A stretch of 64,000 nt of DNA. It comes from Fimbriosthenelais zetlandica. Its lineage: Eukaryota. The stretch covers positions 6,138,001-6,202,000 of the forward strand of contig OZ365111.1 of the NCBI GenBank assembly GCA_977030845.1, in the 5' to 3' direction. Both the position numbers and the translations under genes were made by a program. Shown here one piece after another: positions 27,101 to 39,100 of the stretch. Within the stretch, counting starts at the first letter, position 1. Each line of letters opens with the position of its first letter. The notes under the pieces were generated by a model, which saw only the letters and a list, made by a program, of their open reading frames with translations, did no database searches and was not told where the DNA came from.

Positions 27101-30100
27101 ATATCGGCTATGCATTTATTTAAAAATAGACGTATACAGTACATATAAACTGAATGGTGGGATTATGAATAAAAATAATTATGGAAAAACTATAAAGAAC
27201 ACATTCGTGTTAACTGTACTAGTTTAAAATAACAGCATTGACCGTGTTAATGTAAATAAGAGCTATGGAAAAAATGGAATCAAATCAGAAAAATATAATT
27301 CATTATCTGTACTTAGCATTCAAAGAAAGAATATCTAATGAATAAATAAGGTCGAGGCTTGCATAACATTGAACGAATATGTCCAGAGAAAAAAGGTCGA
27401 ACCATTCAGCTTGACTAATTGAATACAGTTTATAGACCCATGCTTCAGTGAATCAGAAATTGAATCAAAATAAACCAGAACAAAAATAAATCTGAAAAAT
27501 AATTTAATTTGTGGAGTAATATTTTTTTCAAAATCTTTACCCCTCAGGATACAAACCGTGCGACCCTCAAGTGGTGAAGGACCGCATGGCACACCTAGAT
27601 GCGGCCTATGAAGAGCTCCAGTCGCTGGCGTCAGACCGGCGAGCCAAGCTGGAGGAATCACGCCGTCTGTGGCAGTTCTACTGGGACATGGCCGACGAAG
27701 AGGGCTGGATCCGCGAGAAGGAACAGCTCATGTCATCACCAGACCTGGGTCATGATCTAACTAGTGTACACCTGCTTCTTAATAAACATAAGGTAATCAT
27801 TTTAATTAATTTATATTTGATGAAATGTTTTTTATTTTATTCAATTTTTATTTTAACTGCTGCAAATGGAAAAATACTTAAGATTTAAAATTGAAATAAA
27901 ATCTTTATTCCCAAATATCGCAAGTTCATCAGAAAATTTCTTGAAATTGGACTATTAGACTTTTATCCCTGAAATTCTCATACAGATGTGATTGTCACAT
28001 TTATGGCATGTTGAATAGTAGACATTTTATGAATATTAGAAATTTTGCTCCTATTGGTTGAATCCGTGCTTTATGTATTTCTCCGAAATTCCCAAGTCCC
28101 CAAAACTTGAGATTTTTTTCTCATCAAATGACACTAAACTCCTATCCTGCATCGGGGAAAAAAACTTACAGAATGTTGTATGTTTCAAATGAGTTCCTTG
28201 AACTTATGGATGAAATGTGTTTGTGTAGAACGTAGATGAGCAGATACAGGCTCGGTTCGCGGACCATCAAGCGTCTATTAAACCCATATCTGACTCAGTG
28301 GATGCTGTAATGAACCCAGACTCGCCGGTAAATTAGTTAATAAAGGCCCAGGATTAAACCCTTCATCCACAGGTTAAGCTGCCACCAGTATAACTATAAG
28401 ATTGGACATCCAAGGGTTAATTAAGCCATACCGCTTAGATTACTCTAAGTCGACCCAAATGTGTTATTTTTTCCTAAATATATATAGTAGATATATCCTA
28501 GTGAATCCTAATTCAAAATGTTTTCAACTTTTTTTCAACAATCAAAGGCGCTAGTAACTGCCACCAGTATACGCTTGGACATTTGAGGGTTAATTAAGCC
28601 ATGCCCCTTAGATTACTCTAAGTCTAAGTCGACCCAAATGTATTATTTTTCCTGAATATAAGAAGATACATGTATATCATGATAGTAAATCCTAATTCAA
28701 ATTTCAACATTCAAGTTTTTGTCATCAACGCCTGTACAAATGCCATAAATATCTTAGTAAAACCCAGACAGTTTACTTAGTATTAAGCATTTGGTAGATA
28801 TTTTAGATAAGCCTTATATTATAAATAATATAAAAGTTCTTAGGGGAAAATATTGTAAATTGTAACTTCAAATCTCTAAAAAAAAAATCTGTAACAAGTA
28901 TAATTTGTCATGGACCTCAGATCAAGTCATTGACATTGCAATGTTTTGTTTTGTAAAGTTATGTCAAAGGATTTTCAGATTTTAGTGGAAACCCTGGTTA
29001 ATTTTCAACCGAAAAAAAATCCTTTCAAGATATACTAACAGCAAAATTTGTATTTTTCAGTCTAATGAGGACGGCATGCAAGCCCGACACTCACACCTTC
29101 AATCAGTAATGCAAGTCGGAGAAGACCTTATCAAGGCGGGCAACCTGGGCGCCGACAAGATTCAGGAACGCATCAACGAGATTAATGGACAGTGGGACAA
29201 CCTCATCGACCTTGCCGCTTATCGCAAGAAGCGCCTTCTGGAGGCTGTCGACTTCTATCAGGTACCTTTTTTTTGAACGAAAATATTTTTTTTTTGTTGT
29301 AAATCTATATTTATTCAGGAGGTACAAGAATGATACAAATCCCAATAACCACGTGTAATGACATAACATCTAGAAAAATACAGAAAATTAATACAATGAT
29401 ATCATACATGTTATGGTGGGATGGATCGATGTCACTAGATTCTGGATTTGGAATAGAAAAATTAAAAACCGATTATCAATGTCCTGACAGAATAAGATTA
29501 CTAGGTAAGGAGTATATTTTGTCCATAGAAATGTTCTGGGGAGTTAAAGGGATATGCAATATGTACATTAATTGGGGTTTATTTGTAGCCTAGCATCAGA
29601 ACTGTACACTTAAAATTTGGTACCCATTGATCATAAGAAAAATATAAAGGAAATCCTGCATTGTTTTAGGAACCAGAATATGTAATATCTGAAGAGAAAT
29701 ATCAAGAAAAACTTAGTTTATAAATTTTAATCTGATGGCCGCCATATTTTTAAAAATCACACCAGGATTTAACGTTGTCTGTGCTGATGATCAACTCTGT
29801 CCAGTCAGAGTGCTAGCTCAACTCTGTACAATGGGGGCCCCTATAAAAGATAAAAGATCTGCCAAATCTGTGCTGACAGTTATGTCAAAGATCCATTCAA
29901 TAGTGTCAATTACTGTACTGACAGCGTGTTTTCTCTTGCTTGTCAGACAACCCTGTTTGTTCCTGAAACGAAAAATTAAAACAAATCTATTTTCTAATGT
30001 TTCAGTTCTTCGCTGACGCGGATGATGTAGATACATGGATGTTGGACACACTGAGACTCGTGTCCAGTGAAGATGTCGGTCGCGACGAGGCATCGGTACA

Positions 30101-33100
30101 AGCACTACTGAAAAAACACAAGGTACAGTGAAAAAAAAAACAAAAAAAACCCACACGTCAAGCATGACTCGTGTTCTAATTATTAAAACAGTTGTTCTCC
30201 CATTCATAATAGCTACATGTTGTCCACTTATTTCATTATTATTAGTGCTTCTTTGACATAAAGTTTTAATGCAGCCATTCCTGTATTGATGTTATTAAAA
30301 ATATTCTTATCGTTTATAATGCCCGCAGTTTTGACTCCCTTTCACTTCATAATCACTTTTGCCTATCTGATCAGATTCATTCATTGATATATGAAAAGAA
30401 AACATCCTGTGTTTTTAACATTCCTTGAACATATCACTTTTAACGATCGTTCTGAATGTGTTCTATTTGAGTAATGAAAATATATCGGTACTAATTTTTC
30501 TCTCGCTACACTCCAATGATTATCTTCTATTTTTTTTGTATTTGAAGAGAAAGAATTTTGTCTATTCATTTTTTCTCCCCTCAAAAAAATAAGGGAAAAT
30601 GTTCTTTCTTAATGTGCCTCCTCTCAAACCTGCATGTAAAAATCTTTTGGCCAGATCCCTTTCAAGTGTTAACATCTTCAGATTGAAAATGTTGAACTTA
30701 AAGCGATTCCTTTCCAATGGATAATATCTCAATTTTGATAATTGGGATATTATACATTACTGGGTAAAATTCCACTTACATGGTGTAAAGGGGAAAAAAT
30801 ACATTTAGGGCTTTTGGATCTTTGCCGTATTTTGTATTTTTGATGTGGATTTTTTTCTCATTTTGGGAGGTGTGACTACTGACTGCTTGCATGCAGTGTG
30901 CAACCTATAGTAGAATACTTCAATATTCTACATGGTTCTGTTTCTCTTAACAACGATCGCTTCGTTCACTGCTCACTCCAAAAATAACCCAATTCATCCT
31001 CTTCGAAATTAAGAAATTCATCAGTTTTCCCCTTCTAAATTTTCCAAACCAAAAAATACATTTTATTGATACATTCCATTGTTTTCTATGGAAATGTATG
31101 ATTTTTTTTATTTTTTTTTTTATAATAATAATTTTGTGATTCTTGTGGACGAAGGTATTGGTTGTTGGTGGCTCCCCACTTGCCACAGGCTTTGGGCAAT
31201 TAATTTTTTTGTACTGGATCCAAAAAAAATCCAAATATATAATAATATAAACCAACTTAACTAGGAGTGAAAATAGGAGAGGAAAGAGGCGAGCTGGGTG
31301 TGGCTAGCAGAGATTCCTAACAAGCTGTGTTGTGCCCATGTGTTTTCAGAGAATTGAAGATGACCTCTTTGCACAGCAACCTGTGAGTGCATGAGAAGAC
31401 CTTTTTTCTTCTTCTTCTACTTCTTCCTACTCCTTCCTCCTCTCCTCAATCTATCCCTATCCTTGTGTTCAACTACTGCATTATACGCTGCTGTGATGTT
31501 ACTGCTAATTTTTTTTTTTTTTTTTTTTTAATAAATTTAGACCAGCATTAATTTCTGGTATCTATTGTTATGTCTGTTATAACATCTAGTTTTTGTTCTG
31601 GTTTGAGTTTGATTAATATTTTTGACGTTAATTTGTTGATATGCTTCCCAATCATTTGTTTGGATTGAATCAAGTTTTTGGACTGAACTACTGACAGTGT
31701 TATGATTGTTTGCGCTCATAAAAAAAATCACTCCCTGTGACCTGGATAAATCACAAAATAGTGTCAAACCAGCCAAGTGGGCTCTTGCACATACATTTTT
31801 CTCTGTTGCAAATTCTAAAAAAACATCATTATTGCTAAATTTGTAAAATTGTGTAAAGTAATACCATTGTTCACATGTTCAAAGGTACATGTATATGTAA
31901 AACAAGTTTATATTATAAGTTTATATTATCTTCAAAATTATAAGTTTATATATCTTCAAAATTATGTGGGAGAAAAATTCTTTCAAAATTGAAATTTATA
32001 AAAGATGAATTTAACAGACGCAAGAGCCTTGGTTGAGACACTTTTCCCTGTGTTTTTTTTTGTCCCAATGATTTGATGTGCTGAGCACAAGAAGGCTCAG
32101 AATGTGGCATTATCATCAGTCAAATAAAACAAAATCAAGATGCGTAATTTTCTGCATGGAAAGCATGGATCTCGGGCATGTGAGACTGGGGCATGCCCCC
32201 AGAAACAAACCCTGTAAATATAAGTGCAAGGTGGAAGCTGTAAATGTTTACGAATTAAGGGGTGAACAAAATTCCAGGTGGAGGAACTGTGATTACTACT
32301 AGCATTGTGAATGCACATTTGACTAAATCGTTTTGGGGAAAAATAACTGGAATTCTTTGTGTGTTTAGATGTTAAGATGTTGAAATTTTTGTTCTTATTC
32401 ATTGTGGCAAACCCTGGGGCCTTTGGTCCCATGGATGTTATACATTTTGGTGGTTGAAATTCTCTATTTTGAAAAGAACCTTTTAGCATTACAATCGAAT
32501 GTCCTATGTGTCTATATTATGTAGAAATATGACCGAAATTTACCAATGTCTCAATTTTCCATTTGAACCTCATTACGTTCTGTTCGTGTCCAACCCCATG
32601 TGTAATAGATATTACGTTCGTTGGCAGTCTTCCAAAGTCCCGAGTTATTGCCCACAATTTTCCCCTTTAAATTTCATGGATCGTTCTTTATATATTGTGG
32701 TAGGAAAATGGCTGGAAACGATATATTTAGTTATATAGTTATAAATTCAGGGGATAGTATGATGATTCAAAATATCTATTTCTCCTAAGTTTATGCTTGC
32801 GCACTGCTGAGAAAATAGCTTGGCTTTTATAAGAGGAATCATGCTCAAACCAGACGACAAAAAAAATAAAAATAAAATATTTAATTAAAATATAAAATGT
32901 CATCTCAGTAGCGGAGGCACTCTAGAAACGCTAAGACAGATTTACTTTACTGCTAGTATCAACCGTAGGTTCTAGATTGGCAAAAATTAATATCTGGAAA
33001 AAATGAACTCCAAATGAAGTGATTGATTGAAAGGGCATTGGTGTGTTTGGTTTAGAATTGCATGTACTTAGGAACAGAAGATAGAAACACTCGCTGAAAT

Positions 33101-36100
33101 CCTGGTTTGATTTGATGTAGTCATAGCATTCTTCTCTCGGTGTTATTCGGTAAATATTAAAAAAGAAGCTCTTTAAAATTTAAAAAAAAACTAACGCATG
33201 GTTCTTTCGTATCTAAGGGTTAGTTCGGTTTAAGGGGTTTAATCATTGTAATATTAATGTTAGACTACAGGGGTTTCTAAGTTCGCGTGGTCGCTGCTTT
33301 CATAGTTATTGTTTCTGTTGTTTTTTTGTACAAATTTCTGGCTAATTCTGGTTCGTTTTTGGTCGTTTTATAGGAGGTAAGCGACGAACTACAGAATTAC
33401 AACAGCGTGATCCAGGCTCTACACGAACAGGCAGCAAGCCTTGGAGAACAGGTAAACTGAAAATGATATTCATATCAACAAAAGACAAATCTCTGATCTG
33501 TCGTATCAAGATCAGAAATGCTTTATGTATTCAATACGAGTTACATTATTTGTATTAAAACACTGCCTGTCACTTCCCTGCCAGTCAAGGAATATGCTCC
33601 TTTTGCAATCAAGGAAAATGCCTTTTTTCCCAATCAAGGAAAAGGCATAATCCGAAAATAATTCCGATTCAGTTCATCATCTTCTAGGAACCCTATCAAA
33701 AGCAATTCATGTAAATTTGTTTTCAGGACAAGGAATCCCCCGAGGTGCTCGGACGCCTTGGATCCATCGACCGTCGCTATCAAGAGCTTCTGGAGCTAGC
33801 TAAACTCCGCAAACAGAGACTTCTCGACGCCCTGGCCCTATACAAACTGTACAATGAGGCTGATGGCGTGGAACAGTGGATCGCAGAAAAGGTGAGATAT
33901 TTGAAAAAAAATATTTATTTTGTACCTCCTGTTAAAGGATATTTGAAAAAAAAATTTCTTAATTTATATTTTGTACCTCCTGTTAAAATACAGTGGAACC
34001 AAAGATAACGGTCGCCTCACTATATCGAATATCTCGCATAATAATAAGTTATGCTCGTACCATTTCTACTAAATTATGTCTAAATAATATCTATATTCTC
34101 TAAATCGGTCGCCTCCCAAAATCTCCAGAAAGCTCTTACCAAAGACTAGTGACTCCCTCGATTGGCACTCAGCAAAAAGAGGACAGTACTAGGACTGGTC
34201 AACCCGGTGTCAGTATAATGTGACTGGGTGAGATATCATGTCATGTGCCTGCGACATGATACCTCAGTGAGGCAGCACTATAAAAGAGCCTTGGGCTCAC
34301 TCTCAGAAGTATGCAAAAACTGAAATATTATTGAAAGCGATGTTAAACCCAATTCAACTTCAACAACAATTTACTCTTTCCAGGAGAAACTTCTGGCATC
34401 CATGGAGCCTAGTGAGGACATTGAAGATGTGGAAATCCTCAAGGCCCGCTTCGCCACCTTTGATCAGGAGATGAACTCTAACGCCTCTAAAGTGGCCGTG
34501 GTCAACCAGCTGGCTCGCCAACTGCTGCACAACGAGCATCCCAACTCTGACGAGGTGATCGCTCGCCAGAACCAGCTCAACGGACGCTGGACGGAACTGC
34601 GCGAACTGGCCGACCGCAAACGAGACTCACTCAACCTGGCTCACGGTGTCACCACATGGCACATCGAATGCCAGGAAACCATTGTAAGTCAAACTTTTCT
34701 AATTCAGGGTTTTTTTTTCGGTCCTTGAAAAATGTCATTAGAAATTTTGTAAAACCGGGAATATTTTCATTCTTCTATGAACTGGGTGGACGACGAGCTT
34801 CTGCTCTTAGCCACCATAGATAGTAGTTAGTTCTGGCATGCCAACAAAAAGCCACCAAAATGTGACAATTATGGCCCGGGAATCGGCTTAAGTCAGGTAA
34901 AAATCTGGGAATTTAGTGACGCCAAAAACTTGGGAACTATTATTTTAAGTCCTGCGCCATGTGGGAATGCCTCGAAGATATAGATTGAGAATAATTTATT
35001 TCTTCTTTTCAGTCTTGGATTCGCGAGAAGGCCAAGTTGATAGAATCGACCGACGAACTTGGCAATGACCTTGCTGGTGTGATGACCCTACAACGTCGCT
35101 TGTCTGGTCTGGAACGTGACTTGGCTGCCATCCAAGCAAAAGTAAGTCAATAAACTCAAACCCATCATGAAATTAAAAGGATAAATAATGCTTAGAATAA
35201 TTGACATTTCACAAGAAATTTGTAAGCTAAATAAGTATTTTCATTTGTCCTTCTAAGGTATTGATAGATATACTTAAGACTATAATCCTTTCCGGCATAT
35301 ATTGACCGCTTTTGGGGCGTGACCGCGAGGAGGGAGGATACCTAATCATATTCTAAACCTATAAATTAACTTGTTACAGTTGGATTCACTGCAAGAAGAG
35401 GCAGACAGGCTGAAGGATCAGAAGCCAGAGGAAGCTGAGGCCATCCAGGTCAAGATCAATGAGATGACCGAGCTCTGGACTGAACTCAAGACCATGGTAA
35501 GAACAAAAAATAGCGATTACAAAATCTCAAAATAACTCAATTGAAGCCCTACCATTTGACTGCTCAGAGAAATAGTGAATGACTAAAGTTAAGAAAAAAA
35601 TTAAATTGGGGAAATATTGCATATGTATCGGTACATGTGTTCTGAGAAAATTGTCACAAATGATATTAGGAGCACAAAAATGAATATGAAAGAAATATCA
35701 TATGAAACAAACTATCAAGTGAAAGTATTTGTAAACTTGTAAAATTACAGGTCATTGTATTTGAATGAACCCAGGAATTACAATTAAATTAACCATCCCA
35801 GGAATAGGAAACAAAATTAAATCCTATGGGAAATTGTTACTATCTATGGGAAATTGTTACTTGCTAACAACCCAGGAATTTAATCTAAAATAATTTATTC
35901 CCCAACAGCTGAAGGTGCGTGACGAGCGCCTGGGAGAGGCCAGCGAACTGCAGCACTTCCTCCAGAACTTGGACCACTTCCAGAAGTGGCTGACCAAGAC
36001 CCAGACAACAGTGGCGAGCGAGGACATCCCTACAGACCTGGCCGAGGCCGAGAAACTCCTCAACCAACATCAACAGATCAAAGAGGAGATCGATGGCTAC

Positions 36101-39100
36101 TCCGACCAGTACAGACAGATGCACGAGTACGGCAACAAGGTGGTGGAGGGACAGACAGACGTGCAGCACATGTTCCTCAGAGAGGTAAACCCCCACCACC
36201 CCCACCCACGGTGCCCCCTTCCCCCCCCCCCCCCCCCCAAAAAAAAACAACCAAAAAAAACCAACAAAACCTCATCTCCCTTATTTCAGGGTCCCCAGTG
36301 ACTCTGGAAATGAGGGAAAACCTGGAAAATAAGTTTCATTTTTCCAGACAGGGAGTACTAAGGGAGTTTGAGAAAAACTTGAAAAATCTGGGAAAACTCA
36401 GGGAATTTCAGGGAACACTGACTCAGAAGGATATCTAATTGACGCATACAATCCCATGCCCGCCACTAAAGTTCAGGATGCTTCATATTTATATAATATC
36501 TTATGGTATTTCAGGGCTTACTTTATCGGGGGAAAATCAATTTTCATGAACTGCTGGGAACCCTGTAAAATTTGTCCGGGTGTGGAATAATTAGTTATAA
36601 ATTGTTCTATAATACATGTAGCTATCAATGGCTTTATAAAAATCTAGTAAAGACTTAAGTGACTTATTATTATATATAATCTAATAATTGCCCACTCTGG
36701 CCGAACCCCCAAGAGCCTGTTTCAAAACAAATATAAGCCATAAACTTAGCATTGCTCATAGTAATATTCCTTCCTCCAGCTTATTATTAAAATTGTTTGA
36801 TTAAAACAAAATTAAGTTCTTAATCGACTTAATTATTTTCTGTTAACAGCGTCTCAAGGCTCTGGACGACGGGTGGGCTGATGTACAGCGTATGTGGGAG
36901 AACAAGCAGCATCTTCTCTCCCAGAGTCTCAACCTCCAGGTTTGTTGATATTTTTTACTTGGAACAATAATATATTTTTCCAAACGTTTTTAGCTCACTC
37001 ACCAGAGAAGTCATTGTTAAAATTTTATTTTTTCAAATTTGTGAAATATTTGACAACATAACTGCAAGATATTCGAACCTTCGTAATAATAATTTAGTAG
37101 ACAATTGTGTGCCGACAGCGTGTTATCTCTCGTCCTGAGCGAATTGCTAACTGGAGTTTAGATATCATAATATTCATAATTCTTGTTAAATTTTTTATTC
37201 ACCTTCAGTACCGTGACGAATGAATGAGAAAAAAGTTTAATCAAATCATCAAATTTCAGGTATTCCTGCGTGATGCCAAACAAGCGGAGGTTCTGTTGAG
37301 TCAGCAAGACAACTTCCTATCCAAAGAGGAGGTTCCTGTAAGTATTTATATTCATTTTAACATAACGATTTTTATGCTGTTTTGGGGTTCATATATATGT
37401 AAATAGGTTGAAGTTTGTTGCCAAAAGTCAACTTGGACTGTCAGTTGAAAAACGGTCCAAATTTCTGAAACAACATATTGAGGGGTAATTGTTTAGAGGA
37501 AAAATGAAATGGGAACATCAGAAAAATACTTTTTTTTCCACAGCAACTTATAATTTAGCATTGTCTTTGGCATGTTGTTCAAACGTTTCCGTAGTATTCT
37601 ATTTGGCGGTTTAGAAAAAATAAACTTTTATTTTCCCCAGCTCTGATTGAATTCCTTCTTGCCACGCTGTCTTCATTTTCCCTCATGATATGCCTCTCAT
37701 TTTCCCCCCTCTTCCCCATCCCATGGACTCTTTATTTCCCAGAAATTCCCCCCCATTGTCTCTACTGGCCTGTTTCATATTTAGAGTGGTCTTTTCCTGT
37801 AGTTTATTCATTGTCGACCCCTCATTGAAGCTGCTATTTGTATCAAAAACCGAGCAATTCTTTTGATGAATGCCCCCAAAAATATTCAAAATTTTGCCTA
37901 TTTTTTTTTCGCTCTCAATGTGCAACTTGTTGATATTTACAGCATATTCATTTTCATATTTTTTTTATTAACCTAATTCAGCTTTGATAAAAAAAATTGA
38001 ATTTACCAAGTATGTTTTTTTATTTACCTTTTATTATTTTTGAGCAATACATATATTTTTGCTGATTATCTCAGGTGCTGAAAAAATGTATAGCTTGAGG
38101 GACACAGTGTTAATTGATATAATTAATAGAAAAATTATATTTTTGGACAGTTAGTTGATTCCAATAGCAGCATTTCATATTATATATACATTAGCCTTGG
38201 ATGGCATTGCTCATGTGGCTGTGTTGACGCAAAAGTAGCTGTGGCTTTTTACATATATATATCTCTCTCCGTTTTGTGTTCTGTTGCACAGACTACCCCT
38301 GGACTAGACAAACAGGTAAAAACCACTACCAACACCACCACCACCACCACCACTCCTTCAAGCCATGCTGGCTGGCAGAAATTTATGTCTCATTGTTATG
38401 TTGCCGCCAGATAATTGTGTACTTTGTCATCATGTCCAGCTGTGGCATTTATAATTGGTGCGTGCGTGCGTGTATGTACATCATGTCTTGTCTAATGGTG
38501 TTCACAAACAAAAACATTTTTTTTTAAATGTGGGTGTCATATATACGTGTTTAGAAACAAACCTGCAATCATTCATGCATGTCACTGTTGTTTTCCATCT
38601 CTCAACCTTATTCAGTGTTGATTTGGAGAAAAAAAAATTATTGAAAGTATTTGGTTTTTCCTCTTGTTACTTCTCTCTAAAGACACTTTCTCATCTGGGA
38701 TTTTGTGGGTGGTTTTCCTGGTAAAATGTCGCCCTTGTTAACCCATCCTCCTGCTGATCCCGATTCGTTAAGTTTTAAAGCGGCTCTATCACCGATCTGT
38801 AATGAGGACTATCTAAGCTTGGGATCAAAGCTTAAGAAGTTAACTAACACAAGTTCTAGTCACATTTGGCAGGTGCCTACAAAATTAAGAACAGAGGACC
38901 AAAAGATGAATCCAACAATACATCGAACTCTTTTTTCGTACAAGGAAAAAATCGGCGATAAAGTCGCTTTAAGAACAGAATTTAAGTAAAGCTATGATGA
39001 GAGACTTCAGAAATTGCTTGCCCTCACTCCACTCCCTTGCCCCCTCCCACCAGCCCAGGGGACTGCAGATAGGGTTTTCCCCAGAGGTATTAGGCCAAAA

